Source of the DNA: Dehalococcoidia bacterium
GTDB lineage: Bacteria > Chloroflexota > Dehalococcoidia > UBA2979
Direction of reading: 5' to 3'
NCBI GenBank assembly: GCA_964291495.2
Contig: OZ219871.1
Location: 768,001 to 832,000, forward strand
Length of the DNA: 64,000 bases
Positions 21,558-30,588 of the stretch are shown here, piece by piece (the first letter of the stretch is position 1; every line of letters begins with the position of its first letter). Under the pieces are notes generated by a model. It did not search any database and was not told where the DNA came from. It worked only from the letters and a program-made list of their open reading frames with translations. The position numbers and the translations under genes are program-made.

Positions 21558-22466
21558 CTAGCCGATGTTGCGGGTGCGCGGGTCGAGGGCGAAGCGCAGG
21601 CCGTCGCCGACGAGGTTGAAGCAGACCGCGGTGATGCCGATCACGAGGCCCGGCACGGTCGCGATGTGCGGCGCCACGCCGAGCAGCGTCCGGCCCTCGG
21701 CGGTCATCAAGCCCCACTCCGGCGTCGGCGGGCTGATGCCGAGGCCGAGGAAGCCCAGACCAGCGACGAAGATGATCACCAGCCCGATCAGCGTCGAGGA
21801 GTAGACCAGCACGGACGGGAAGGCGCCGGGCGCGATGTGCACCAGCATCAGCCGCAGCGGCGTCGCCCCGGTCGCCCGCGCGGCGTCCACGAAGTCGCGG
21901 CCGCGTTGCTCGCGGACGGCGATGTAGGCGACGCGGGTGATCGGCGCCACCAGCACGGCGACGACGACGAGCGCGAGGCTGGGGTACGAGTTGCCCACGA
22001 GGATCGCGACCACGATCGCGAGCACCACCGTCGGGAACGCGTAGAGCATGTCCACGAGGCGCATCAGGGTGGTCCCGACGAGGCCGCCGACATACCCGGC
22101 GACGAGGGCGAGCGCCATGCTGATCGCCATCGCGAGCGCGACCGGGATGACGGCGAGCGGGATCGAGGTCCGGCCGCCCCAGATCAGGCGACTGAGTATG
22201 TCGCGGCCCTGGCCGTCGAGACCCAGCAAGCGACCCTCCGTCCCGTACCCCTGAAGCCGCAGCGAGCTTTCCGTTTCGTACGGATCGAAGGGGGCAACGA
22301 TCGGCGCGGCGATCGCCGCGGCGATGATGATCAGCAGCACGATGCCCGCAATGACCGCGAAGCGATCCTTGCGGAACGCCCTCCAGGTCACGGCGATCCA
22401 ATGCTCACTGCCGGCCTTCACGAGCTCAGGACCTGCCTCGCGCCCTTCCCGTCCGGCTACCGGCAT
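21558..22466 (-). CDS. ABC peptide permease, DppC-like, copy 2
   Basis: Same protein as copy 1 except a 9-aa shorter C-terminus. Confidence 0.92.
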   Translation of the reverse strand: MPVAGREGREAGPELVKAGSEHWIAVTWRAFRKDRFAVIAGIVLLIIIAAAIAAPIVAPFDPYETESSLRLQGYGTEGRLLGLDGQGRDILSRLIWGGRTSIPLAVIPVALAMAISMALALVAGYVGGLVGTTLMRLVDMLYAFPTVVLAIVVAILVGNSYPSLALVVVAVLVAPITRVAYIAVREQRGRDFVDAARATGATPLRLMLVHIAPGAFPSVLVYSSTLIGLVIIFVAGLGFLGLGISPPTPEWGLMTAEGRTLLGVAPHIATVPGLVIGITAVCFNLVGDGLRFALDPRTRNIG

Positions 22467-22482
22467 CGCATGGGCTCCGATC

Positions 22483-23442
22483 TCATTCCAGCCGCACGCG
22501 AGGATCAAGCAGACTCTGGGCAACGTCCGCGATGAGGGTCATCAAGACGAAGGTGGCCGCGACGAGCATCGTAATGGCCAGGATGGCTGCCGTTTCGCGC
22601 GACGCGACCACCCCGAGGAGCAGGCCGCCGAGGCCCGGCCAGGCGAAGACCACCTCGACGAAGACCGTACCGCTGATCAGGTAGCCGAACTGCAGCGTCA
22701 CGATGTTGATGGCCGTCGGTGCAATGTTGCGCGCCGCGTGCCGCCGGATCACGGCCCGCTCGTGCAAGCCCTTCGCCCTCGCCGTGCGGATGTAGTCCTG
22801 CTGCATCACCTCGATCATCGCGGAGCGCACGAGCCGCGAGATCACCGCGGTCGGCACCGCGGCGAGGGTGAGCGCCGGCAGGATCAGGTGCAGCCCGAGA
22901 TCGCGGAGCCCGCCTGGATTCCGGGTATCCCACATCCCGGCGGCGGGCAGCCAGTCCAGGTGCAGGGCGAAGAGGGCGATCAACATCAGGCCGAGCCAGT
23001 ACTGGGGCACGCTCGCCGCCAGAACCGACAGCGTCGTGATCGATCGGTCGGCCAGGCTGTTGGGCCTGGTCCCGGCGAACACGCCGGCTCCCACTCCAAG
23101 CGCCGTGCTCGGCACGAAGGCGGCCACGGCCAGCACCAGGGTGTTCTTCAGCGCGTCCCACACGAGCTCCGCGACAGGGGCCCTGTAAATGACGCCGTAT
23201 CCGAAGTCGCCCCGGACGAAATCGCCGAGCCAGACGACATATCGCTCATACCAGGGCCGGTTCAGCCCCATCTCCTCCCTGAGTTGCTCGAGCACCTCCG
23301 GGCTTCTCGAGTTCGCCCACACGCCGAGGATTTCGCTCGCCAGGTCTCCGGGGAGGATGGCGACCAGCATGTAGGTCAGGGCGCTGATACCCCAGAGGAC
23401 CAGGAGCGTGACTGCCAACCGCCGGGCGAGGAACCGTCCCAA
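22483..23442 (-). CDS. ABC peptide permease, DppB-like, copy 2
   Basis: Same as copy 1 except WANSRSPEV versus WGASRNPEA. Confidence 0.92.
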   Translation of the reverse strand: MGRFLARRLAVTLLVLWGISALTYMLVAILPGDLASEILGVWANSRSPEVLEQLREEMGLNRPWYERYVVWLGDFVRGDFGYGVIYRAPVAELVWDALKNTLVLAVAAFVPSTALGVGAGVFAGTRPNSLADRSITTLSVLAASVPQYWLGLMLIALFALHLDWLPAAGMWDTRNPGGLRDLGLHLILPALTLAAVPTAVISRLVRSAMIEVMQQDYIRTARAKGLHERAVIRRHAARNIAPTAINIVTLQFGYLISGTVFVEVVFAWPGLGGLLLGVVASRETAAILAITMLVAATFVLMTLIADVAQSLLDPRVRLE

Positions 23443-23625
23443 CTACACACCTCCGGGCGCGCGCGACGCTCTGCCTGACTCCTCCGGCTGCGCCGGAGTC
23501 CCCCTCACCCTCACCCGCCAGGGGAGAGGGGACCGGAGACCCCCTCACCCCGAGGGTGAGGGGGTCGGTGCCAGAAGCGCGGCGCGCCGGCCGCGCCGCC
23601 GGGACTCGCCCCTGCTTCAGCCGAT

Positions 23626-25380
23626 CTACGCGTCCTCCAGCCAGACGATGCTCATGTCGTTCCACTGGGCAGCCACGTGGACGAAGCCCTGGACCTCGTC
23701 CCGCATGCCGATGGGCGCCGAGTCGTGGACGACCGGCAGCGCGTACGCCTGATCCATAACGAGGCGGTTCGCGTCGCGATACAGTTCGTTGGCAGCGTCC
23801 GGGTCGGTCTCGAACTGGGCCCGATCGAGGATGTCCAGGGCTTCGTCCCCGATGGCCTCAGGCATGGAATTCCACACGCCGACGTTGAGGCCGAAGACGT
23901 TGCCCCACCAGTTAACGGCCATCCCCCACGACCCGCTGGCGGACGCGCCATCTGTATACAGGTCGGGCCACATGGAGCCGAAGGCATTCCACTCCACAAT
24001 TTCCGCGCCCATGTTGAAGCCGATCTCGGCGTACTTGCTCTGCATCCACTGCGCCATCTGAACGGGCAGAAGGTTGCCCGAGCCGGCAGAGGGGAACCAC
24101 CACGTGTCCTCGATGCTCTCCACCCCGGCCGCGGACAGGAGCTTCTTTGCCTCGGCCGGGTCGTAGGCGTACGAGACGTAGTCGGGGTCGAACGCGGGCT
24201 GGCCGGGCACGTTGGGCCCATACGCCGGAATCACGGTGTCCCGCAACAGGTCCGTTGCGATTCCCGGCCTGTCCATCCCATGTTGCAGCGCCTGCCGCAC
24301 CCGCAGATCCTGGAAACTCTCGTTCCGCGGGTTCATGGTGATCCACCAGATGTGCGGTACCAGTCCCTGCACGACCTTGAAGCCCTGATCCAGCAGCTGC
24401 GGGATCGAGTCCGGTGGCACCACCCAGATGATGTCGGCCTCGCCGGTCTGCAGCGCCGTCACACGCGTCGCCGGCTCGCCCCGGGGGATCATGATGAGCC
24501 GGTCGAGGAAGGCCTTATCGCCCCAGTAATCCTCGTTGCGGTCAAACACGAGGCGCTCATCCTCGACGCGCTCGTTGAACTTGAACGGGCCGGAGGCGAC
24601 GGGGGCGTTCGCGAATTCCTCGTTCCCAACCTTCTCGACTTGCGTCGGGCTGCAGATGTAGTTGCCGAAGATGCTCTGGGTCCAGAGGTTCAGGAAGTCA
24701 GGGAAGAAGCGGTTGTTGACCATCTTGATCGTGTAGTCGTCGACCACCTCAACGCGGTCGGTATGCTGGTGCAGCTGCGGATGCCCCCAGCCGGAGACCT
24801 GGGTGAAGGAGATGTCCGTATCTTCCCTCCAGAACCGGTCATAGTTGCGATTGACCGCTTCCGCGTTGACGTCAGTCCCGTCGTGAAACTTGGCGCCCCT
24901 GCGGAGCTTGAAGGTGTACTCCAAGCCGTCGTCGCTGACCTCCATGCTTTCGGCAAGCTTCATGACTATGGGCTGCAGCGGATCGGTATAGTCCGGCTGC
25001 CTGGTGTGGGGTGGGACCGTGAGGTCGGCCTCGATCAGCTTGTCCGACATCTGATCTTTCGTGCGATGCGTCACCCAGTTGCCGACCGAATGCGGATCAC
25101 TGTTGCCGATCCAGCTTTCCATCGCCCAGACGAGCGTGCCGCCGGACTTCGGACCGGCCGGCGCCTCGGTGGGCGTGGGGGTCGGCTCGGCGGTCGCCGC
25201 GGCGGTCGCCGCGGCGGGCGTCGCGGTTGCGGCAGCGGGGGCCTGCGTGGCGGCGGGCGCCGGCGCGTCGTCGTCGTCGTCGCCTGTGCATCCGATAAGT
25301 GCGGCGCCGGCGACGCCGGCGACGCCGATCGCTCCTGCTCTCAGAAAGCCCCGGCGGCTCAGGCCTGACCAGTCGCTCAT
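23626..25380 (-). CDS. ABC transporter substrate-binding protein, family 5 (Tat lipoprotein)
   Basis: MSDWSGLSRRGFL Tat motif, LIGC, KFHDGT, SGPFKF, FQDLRVRQAL. Confidence 0.93.
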   Translation of the reverse strand: MSDWSGLSRRGFLRAGAIGVAGVAGAALIGCTGDDDDDAPAPAATQAPAAATATPAAATAAATAEPTPTPTEAPAGPKSGGTLVWAMESWIGNSDPHSVGNWVTHRTKDQMSDKLIEADLTVPPHTRQPDYTDPLQPIVMKLAESMEVSDDGLEYTFKLRRGAKFHDGTDVNAEAVNRNYDRFWREDTDISFTQVSGWGHPQLHQHTDRVEVVDDYTIKMVNNRFFPDFLNLWTQSIFGNYICSPTQVEKVGNEEFANAPVASGPFKFNERVEDERLVFDRNEDYWGDKAFLDRLIMIPRGEPATRVTALQTGEADIIWVVPPDSIPQLLDQGFKVVQGLVPHIWWITMNPRNESFQDLRVRQALQHGMDRPGIATDLLRDTVIPAYGPNVPGQPAFDPDYVSYAYDPAEAKKLLSAAGVESIEDTWWFPSAGSGNLLPVQMAQWMQSKYAEIGFNMGAEIVEWNAFGSMWPDLYTDGASASGSWGMAVNWWGNVFGLNVGVWNSMPEAIGDEALDILDRAQFETDPDAANELYRDANRLVMDQAYALPVVHDSAPIGMRDEVQGFVHVAAQWNDMSIVWLEDA

Positions 25381-25432
25381 GTGATGCCTCCGTCTCGCGC
25401 GCGGCGAACCTCGCCAACTCTGAACGCAATAG

Positions 25433-25478
25433 TTAACACACCCCGCAGGCACCCGGTGTTCACATTACGCAACCGCGC
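25433..25478 (-). promoter_or_regulatory. Second copy of the 46-bp promoter/operator block
   Basis: See 17285-17330; 4 mismatches. Confidence 0.75.
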
Positions 25479-25747
25479 CACCGGTTCCGCCCTCGGTGCT
25501 TCGGCGCGCCCGCAGCCCCCCTTCTTCGTCATTCCGGAGCCCCTTCTCCGTCATTCGGGCGAACGCTGGAATCCAGGCGCGCCGGACCGCCCGCGCGACC
25601 CCGAGCGCCCCGATGGCGCGACGACACTCGGGGGGGCGCCCTCACCCTGACCCTCTCCCTCGGGGAGGGGGATTGGATGGAGCACGTACGAACTGCAGAG
25701 GGCTAGTCCGGCTCCGTCTCCCTGGGGACCGGAGGGAGGGGGGAGGG

Positions 25748-27142
25748 CTAGCTGGTGCTCAGTTCGACGCGTCCGTTCGGGCCCTCGAGGGTGGCCCAGA
25801 GGCGGGGCTCGGGGCCGGGCGTGACTTCCAGATCGGCGGCGAGGCCGAGGACGTCAAGCTGGGAGCGAATCAACTCCGGCTCCGGATGCTCGCCGCGGAA
25901 CGCCACCAGCTTCACGCCGCCGGGCGAGGTTGCCGCCGGGTGCTCCTCCGTCTCACTCCAGTCGACCAGCCTCGGGAAGAGATCGCCAAGGGGCCCATCG
26001 ATGGCGGCGACCTTCCAGCGCAGCGAGCCGCGGTCGGGGCGGTCCACTCCCGCCCGCCGTACCGGGCCGAAGTCCGCGCCGGCGGCGCGTGCCGCCTCGA
26101 CACACTGGTCGAAGTTCCGCACCCGCGCGGACCACCCACGGAGCGAGGGGTGGTCCAGGCCGCTGGTGTTCACGTCCAGCTCCGTGTCGGGGCCGATCAC
26201 GAGGAGGTAGGACCCGCCGTCGATAGAGAGCACGGCGGTGCCCCTGCCCCCCTCGCCGAGGGCGGGCCGCACGCCGAGCCGTTCCTCAAGCTCGTCGATC
26301 ACCGGCTCCAGGTCCGGGGTCCAGTACGCGATCGAGTCAATCGCCGGAATGCTCCAGCGGTGCAAACCGGGCCGTGCGCGCCGCGCCGCGATGTCGCTCG
26401 CGCCCGCGGAGAGGGCCTCGGCGACGCTCGCGATGCGGGGCGTGGAGGCGCTGCCGATCGGCATCGAGCAGCTGAGCGCCCCGATCACGTGCCCTTCGCC
26501 GTCATGCACGGCGACGGCGACGGAGGCGACCTCCGGGTCGCCTTCGGCGAGCTCGATCGCATGGCCCCGGACGATCGTCTCGGCGAGTTCCTTGACGAAC
26601 TCTTCCAGCGACCTCCCCCCCGGGGTGGTTCGGCGCTGCCAGCCCAGCGGGAGCACGGCGTCGCGCTCGGCCGGCGACATCGCGGCGAGGATCGCGCGGC
26701 CGGCCGCGCTCGAGGTGTAGCGAACCACGGTACCGGGCTCGAGGGTGATTCTGAGCGGACCCTCGCTCGGCGCCTCGCTCCAGACCACCATCACGCTGCC
26801 GATCACGGGGATGCCTAGCGAGACGGTCTCGCCCAGCTCCTCGACGAGCATCTCGATGACGGGGCGGGCGGCGACCTCGAGGGCGCTCGCCGCGACGGCG
26901 AGGCGGGCGTAGCGGGTGAGGCGCAGGCCGAGGGCGTAGCGCCCGCCGTCGCGCTCCTGGTCGAGGAAGCCGCGGTCGCGCAGCGTCGCGGCGAGGCGGC
27001 TTGCGGTGGAGTGGGAGACCTCGAGCTCGTCGGCGATCTCGCGGATGCCGAGGAGCCGGCGCTCGCGGGCGAGCGCCTCGATGATCGCGAGTCCGCGGTC
27101 GAGCGACTGCACGCGAGCGGTGCGGTGCACGGGTCGTCCCAT
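25748..27142 (-). CDS. IclR-family regulator fused to a C-terminal VOC/glyoxalase-like domain
   Basis: VQSLDRGLAIIEAL HTH, YALG, SAAGRAILA, VASVAVAV; then IDSIAY..LEERLGV...GRGT...LRW...FPRLVDW..HPA (Glyoxalase_3-like). Confidence 0.85.
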   Translation of the reverse strand: MGRPVHRTARVQSLDRGLAIIEALARERRLLGIREIADELEVSHSTASRLAATLRDRGFLDQERDGGRYALGLRLTRYARLAVAASALEVAARPVIEMLVEELGETVSLGIPVIGSVMVVWSEAPSEGPLRITLEPGTVVRYTSSAAGRAILAAMSPAERDAVLPLGWQRRTTPGGRSLEEFVKELAETIVRGHAIELAEGDPEVASVAVAVHDGEGHVIGALSCSMPIGSASTPRIASVAEALSAGASDIAARRARPGLHRWSIPAIDSIAYWTPDLEPVIDELEERLGVRPALGEGGRGTAVLSIDGGSYLLVIGPDTELDVNTSGLDHPSLRGWSARVRNFDQCVEAARAAGADFGPVRRAGVDRPDRGSLRWKVAAIDGPLGDLFPRLVDWSETEEHPAATSPGGVKLVAFRGEHPEPELIRSQLDVLGLAADLEVTPGPEPRLWATLEGPNGRVELSTS

Positions 27143-27244
27143 CCTGCGTCGAAGCGGGCGAGATCCGGTCGGCACGGCGCCGCGGACACCCGGCCCGCCG
27201 GGACCTGTGTAGTGCAAGACCATTTTGCAAGCGTGGCGGGCGCT

Positions 27245-27287
27245 GCGATCTCACAATGCGCAACGCAAAGCCGCATTGTGAGATCGC
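27245..27287. promoter_or_regulatory. Perfect 16-bp inverted repeat (11-nt spacer) upstream of iclR, candidate double operator
   Basis: GCGATCTCACAATGCG-N11-CGCATTGTGAGATCGC. Confidence 0.75.
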
Positions 27288-27408
27288 CAGTTCTGGCAAG
27301 GGCGGCTCCGGTTCCCTCGCCCCGAGGCGGAGGGTTAGGGTGAGGGAGCGCGGGCCGACCCCGCTCGACGCGGCGTTTCGCAAGCCCGCGGGAAGTCGAA
27401 GATAGGCC

Positions 27409-29088
27409 ATGGCAATGCCGCGAGTTCGCGCGTGGTGGCCGGGAGCGGTCGCGGGACTCGTGGCCGCGGCGCTGGCGCTGGCCGTCGGCGAGCTCGTCGC
27501 GCGGCTCCTCGAGGGCGAGTCGCTGGTGCGAGCGATCGGCGACGTGGTCGTCGACAGTTCCCCGCGCGCCGTCTCCGGCGTGGCGATCGAAACCTTCGGC
27601 ACGAACAACAAGCCCGCGCTGCTCAGCGGCGTCGTCGCCCTCTCGCTGTTGCTGGGCGCGCTGCTGGGTCCGCTCGCGATGCGCTACCGCGCGATCGGTG
27701 TCGGCGCCATGGCGGCCTTCGCCCTCGCCGGCGGCCTCGCGGCGGCGCGCGATCCGTTCACCTCGCCCGCGCAGGCCTGGACCACCGCGGCGGCCGCCGG
27801 CGGCGCCGGCATCGCGACGCTGCTCTGGCTGCTGCGGATGGCGAACGAGGGCGACGTCGACGCCCGCGCCGCGCCTCCTGATCCTCGCCTGAAGCGCCCG
27901 GGGCGCAGGCGCTTCCTGCAGTTCGCCGGCGGCGGGCTGGCGGTGGCGGCCCTCTCCGTGCCCCTGGGGCGGCGCCTGATCGAACCGGCGGGCGATGTCG
28001 ACGCGCAGCGCGCGGCAATCGTGCTGCCGCCGCCGAGTACCCCCGCGCCGAGTACCCCCACGCCGGCCTCGGAGGAGGCGACGCCGCAGCCCCCGCCGGA
28101 CGCTCCCACGCCGGCGTCGCGGGAGCCGACGCCCGAGCCCTCGCCGGCCGTCCAGAGCGGCCCCGCCTCGGTCCCCGGCATCTCGCCGCTCGTCACACCG
28201 AACAGCGAGTTCTACCGCATCGACACCAGGCTCTCGGTCCCCCGCATCGACAGCGCGCGGTGGCGGCTCCGGATTACCGGGATGGTCGAGCGGCCGGCCG
28301 AGTTCACGTTCGACGAGCTGCTCGCGATGGACCTGCGCGAGGAGGTGAGCACCCTCGCCTGTGTCTCGAACGAAGTCGGCGGGGATCTCGTCGGGACCGC
28401 CTACTGGCTCGGTGTCCCGCTACCGGCGCTGCTGCGCGGAGCGGGCGTCCAGGCCGATGCGACGCAGGTGATCGGGCGCTCCGTCGATGGGTTCACCGTC
28501 GGCTTCCCGACGGACGTCGCGCTCGATGGGCGTGAATCGCTGGTGGTGTTCGGCATGAACGGCGAGCCGCTGCCCGCCGACCACGGGTTCCCCGCCCGCC
28601 TGATCGTCCCCGGGCTCTACGGCTACGTCTCCGCCACGAAGTGGCTCGGCGAAATCGAGCTCTCGAGGCTCGACAGCTTCGACGCCTACTGGGTGTACCG
28701 GGGCTGGCCCCAGCAGGCGCCGATCAAGCTGCAGTCGCGCATCGACGTACCGCGCGGCGGACAATCGCTCGCGCCCGGCAAGATGCGCATCGCGGGCGTC
28801 GCCTGGGGCGGGCTGAGCGGCGTCAGCGGCGTTCAGGTGCGGGTGAGCCGGCGGTCTACGGGCGGGGAGCGTTCGGAAGGCGCATGGACCGACGCCGAAC
28901 TTGGCGAGGAGCTGTCCGATAGCAGCTGGCGCCAGTGGGTGGCCGACTGGGTCGCCAGCGAGGGCGTCTTCGACCTCGAGGTGCGCGCAATCGATCGCAG
29001 CGGCATGGTGCAGACGGCCGAGGAGGCCCCGCCCTTCCCCGACGGCGCGACCGGACACCACTCGATTCGGGTACGAATCCGGGCATAG
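27409..29088 (+). CDS. Membrane-anchored molybdopterin-dependent oxidoreductase (sulfite oxidase family)
   Basis: FYRID, TLACVSNEVGG (Mo-ligand Cys), MNGEPLPADHGFPARLIVPGLYG, SATKWL; internal RRRFL. Confidence 0.92.
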   Translation: MAMPRVRAWWPGAVAGLVAAALALAVGELVARLLEGESLVRAIGDVVVDSSPRAVSGVAIETFGTNNKPALLSGVVALSLLLGALLGPLAMRYRAIGVGAMAAFALAGGLAAARDPFTSPAQAWTTAAAAGGAGIATLLWLLRMANEGDVDARAAPPDPRLKRPGRRRFLQFAGGGLAVAALSVPLGRRLIEPAGDVDAQRAAIVLPPPSTPAPSTPTPASEEATPQPPPDAPTPASREPTPEPSPAVQSGPASVPGISPLVTPNSEFYRIDTRLSVPRIDSARWRLRITGMVERPAEFTFDELLAMDLREEVSTLACVSNEVGGDLVGTAYWLGVPLPALLRGAGVQADATQVIGRSVDGFTVGFPTDVALDGRESLVVFGMNGEPLPADHGFPARLIVPGLYGYVSATKWLGEIELSRLDSFDAYWVYRGWPQQAPIKLQSRIDVPRGGQSLAPGKMRIAGVAWGGLSGVSGVQVRVSRRSTGGERSEGAWTDAELGEELSDSSWRQWVADWVASEGVFDLEVRAIDRSGMVQTAEEAPPFPDGATGHHSIRVRIRA

Positions 29089-29285
29089 GGCAAACCCCGC
29101 GTCATTGACGGCGAAGCCCGATCCGGTCCCCTCTCCCCGCGGGAGAGGGCGGAGGGTGAGGGAGGCGCTCGCCGAAGCCCCGAGGGCGCAACGAGGCAAT
29201 CGCGGATGGCAACCGCCGGCGCGCCTGGATTCCGGCTTTCGCCGGAATGACGGGAGGGGGGAGCCGGAATGACGGGAGGGGTGGG

Positions 29286-29349
29286 TCTCGCAATGTGAAA
29301 CGACCCGCGCTCCTGGTCACATATGCTCAGCCTCCCCGGAGGTGTCGAC
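29286..29349 (+). promoter_or_regulatory. Operator + TATGCT -10 + RBS block, duplicated at 29993-30055
   Basis: TCTCGCAATGTGAAACGAC...TCACATATGCTC...CCGGAGGTGTCGACGTGCC versus TCTCGTAATGCGAAACGAC...TCACCTATGCTC...CCGGAGCTGTCGGCGTGCC. Confidence 0.7.
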
Positions 29350-29907
29350 GTGCCAATCTACGAGTACGCATGCGCCGAGTGCGGGTCCGGCTTCGAGCTG
29401 CTGCGGCCCATGCGGGACGCCGGGCGCAGTCAGCCCTGTCCCGAGTGCGACGCCGAAGCGGGTCCGACGGTCCCCACACGCTGGAACGCCTACACGTACC
29501 GCGATGGCAACCCTCGCCTGCTGCCGGACAACGGCAAGTTCCGGCACCTGGGCCACGAGGTGTCAAAGCCGTACACCGGCGGCACCGGCAGCCCCTTGCA
29601 GCACCCGGAGGTCACGAAGCCGCAGCCGACCCGGGCCCCGAGCGTCGAGGAGGCCGAGCAGTACGCGCACAAGCGCGAGCTGCAGCGCAACGCCGACCTC
29701 GAGCGCGGCGGGATCGTCGAGCGGACAGAGGTCGAGGGGGAACGGCGCGAGTTCCTGCGCCGCCTGCGCGCGCCCGCCGCGTCGCAACGAGACGCGCGCG
29801 TCACGAGGCGCATCGCTGCTGATACCGAACGCAAGGACGCCGCCGTGAAGCAGCAGCTGCGGACGGAGGCGAAGTTGCGCCAACAGCGCCACAAGGAAAC
29901 CCGCTAG
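29350..29907 (+). CDS. FmdB-family zinc-ribbon protein with a long charged C-terminal extension
   Basis: MPIYEYACAECG...FE...CPEC; GGAGG RBS before GTG 29350. Confidence 0.85.
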   Translation: MPIYEYACAECGSGFELLRPMRDAGRSQPCPECDAEAGPTVPTRWNAYTYRDGNPRLLPDNGKFRHLGHEVSKPYTGGTGSPLQHPEVTKPQPTRAPSVEEAEQYAHKRELQRNADLERGGIVERTEVEGERREFLRRLRAPAASQRDARVTRRIAADTERKDAAVKQQLRTEAKLRQQRHKETR

Positions 29908-30588
29908 ACCGGACACTCCCATTGCGCTTGTGGCGCCGGCCGCAATGCGCAGCGGCGACGCGACCGAGGCGCCCGACAAGAAACTCGCGGCATCTCGTAA
30001 TGCGAAACGACGCGGTCACCCCATCACCTATGCTCGGTCCTCCGGAGCTGTCGGCGTGCCTGCCGAACGTCAGCGGCGTGCGGAGGTAGCGGTCCGCACG
30101 CAGCGCTTCGGGCAGAGCCGCCAGACGGCCCCCCACCCCCCCGTTGAACGAGGCCCAGCCTGCCCGGGCCTCGTTCAACCTGCCCGGCGTACGCCTCATG
30201 GTGAGGGCGCCGGCAGGTTGCGCAAACGGTCTCCCTGGGGGAGGGGAGCGGAGCCCCTTCTCCGTCATTCCGGCGAAAGCCGGAATCCAGGCGCGGCGGA
30301 CCACCCGCGCGCCCCGACAGCCCCGATGGCGCGACGACACTCCGGCGAGGCGCCCTCACCCTCACCCTCTCCCTCTCGGGAGACCTTTGCGAAACTCGCA
30401 CAAGCCCGATCCGGCCCCCTCTCCCTGGGGAGAGGGCGGGGGTGAGGGGGGAGACTCCCGCGCGCCTCCGAAAGCTCCGATGGCGCAACGCAATCCCGGA
30501 GGCGGACCCTCCCTCACCCTAACCCTCTCCCTCGGGGAGAGGGGACCGGAGGGATGCGCTCGCTGCCCCACTCGCGGCCTGAGCCGGG

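Larger units (their letters stand above)
19441..23495. repeat. Tandem duplication of dppB-dppC (units ~19441-21481 and ~21482-23495)
   Basis: Near-identical sequence at offset 2014 (2041 left of a 27-bp indel). Confidence 0.95.
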
